Below, piece after piece: positions 63,364 to 64,000 of a DNA stretch of 64,000 nucleotides (within the stretch, counting starts at the first letter, position 1; every line of letters begins with the position of its first letter). Position numbers and translations under genes: made by a program. The notes beneath the pieces were generated by a model, which worked only from the letters and a program-made list of their open reading frames with translations, had not been told where the DNA came from and did no database searches. Origin of the DNA: an uncultured Clostridium sp. (lineage in GTDB: Bacteria; Bacillota; Clostridia; TANB77; CAG-508); contig CANOVB010000005.1 in the NCBI GenBank assembly GCA_947570695.1, positions 67,487-131,486 on the forward strand, in the 5' to 3' direction.

Positions 63364-64000
63364 ATGGTAGAGGAAAGAAGTTTAAAAGTACTTTCAAATG
63401 ATACAACGTTTTTTAATAAGGTTTCAAGAACATTAACAAAACTATTAACACCTACTAAAATAGGTATTAATGGAATGATGATTAATATAAAAAGAAGTTC
63501 TACAATTAAATCATATGAACAATTTAAAAATGCAGAATTAGTAAATGATCTTTCTAAAAAAGAACAATATCAAAATAGATATGAAGAAAGTTATACTTTA
63601 TATTTAGAGGCAATAGATAAACATATTATGGATTCTATTTATAAAAAGGTAAAAAATGATACGGCTTCAAATTTTGAAAAAGAAGCTCTTTCAAATTATT
63701 ATACAATAGTTCATTTAAAGGATAATGAGTATTTAGAATACAAATATAGGAAACAAAAATTTTTATTAGATTTAGATTATGATAGCTTAGTTGCAACTAA
63801 AAAAGAAAAAATATTAAATAAATATACTCCAATATATATTGAAAAATTAGATGTAATTTATAAAGGCTTATTAAAAAATTATTCAGTAAAATTGGCTGAT
63901 GGAATTAAGGCAAAAGTTGTAAATCAACTTGAAATTTATAAAAAAATATTTGAAACTCTTGAAGATTATATAAAAAATATATTACCAATAAAATTAAAAA
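63364..64000 (+). CDS. Hypothetical protein, 5' partial (runs off the window)
   Basis: ATG 63364 follows GAGGGGATGAG. The frame is open to the window end (MVEERSLKVLSNDTTFFNKVSRTL...). No motif recognised. Confidence 0.55.
   Translation, partial: MVEERSLKVLSNDTTFFNKVSRTLTKLLTPTKIGINGMMINIKRSSTIKSYEQFKNAELVNDLSKKEQYQNRYEESYTLYLEAIDKHIMDSIYKKVKNDTASNFEKEALSNYYTIVHLKDNEYLEYKYRKQKFLLDLDYDSLVATKKEKILNKYTPIYIEKLDVIYKGLLKNYSVKLADGIKAKVVNQLEIYKKIFETLEDYIKNILPIKLK

Overview
The window is about 64 kb of chromosome from a very AT-rich, spore-forming Firmicute (Clostridia-like). Nearly all genes are on the + strand. All calls rest on reading the sequence and on motif recognition from memory; no database search was run.

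Backbone genes:
- Translation: infC-rpmI-rplT, leuS, trpS, serS, obg, engB, hup.
- Sporulation: spoVB-like, spoVAC/D/E, pdaA, cotJC-like, yqfC/yqfD.
- Metabolism and repair: fbp class 3, glk, glmS with its ribozyme, hpt, uvrC, clpB.
- An ArsR/P1B-ATPase metal-efflux pair.
- A partial type IV pilus assembly cluster (pilMN, pilO-like, pilC).
- A block of GT-C-like polytopic membrane proteins.

Regulatory RNAs I can support are an L20 leader/attenuator, a Ser-type T-box and the glmS ribozyme.

Most unusual observations:
1. Three compositionally foreign islands sit in a roughly 25-35% GC host: 14.7-16.8 kb, 28.1-28.6 kb and 31.5-32.8 kb. Sampled 60-nt lines in ORF A, the 28.1-kb ORF and the 169-aa ORF are about 50-57% GC, while the other two ORFs are intermediate (about 40%). 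They encode five unrecognisable proteins with their own promoters, RBSs and terminators, and there are no mobility genes.
2. A complete Nudix hydrolase domain is inserted inside the editing region of LeuS.
3. A dense, modular family of intergenic hairpin repeats (at least 8 copies) keeps its stems through compensatory substitutions. A second repeat family is nested in one of its loops.
4. A 30-nt palindromic element occurs at two loci, one of them inside the spoVA operon.
5. A duplicated module runs leader-like mini-ORF with an (AC)n tract, then hairpin, then terminator, then a 34-aa ORF. The two 34-aa peptides are paralogous.
6. A Ser T-box drives a dCTP-deaminase-DUF1653 fusion, a free DUF1653 and serS.

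yqfD is split by a 1-nt frameshift.
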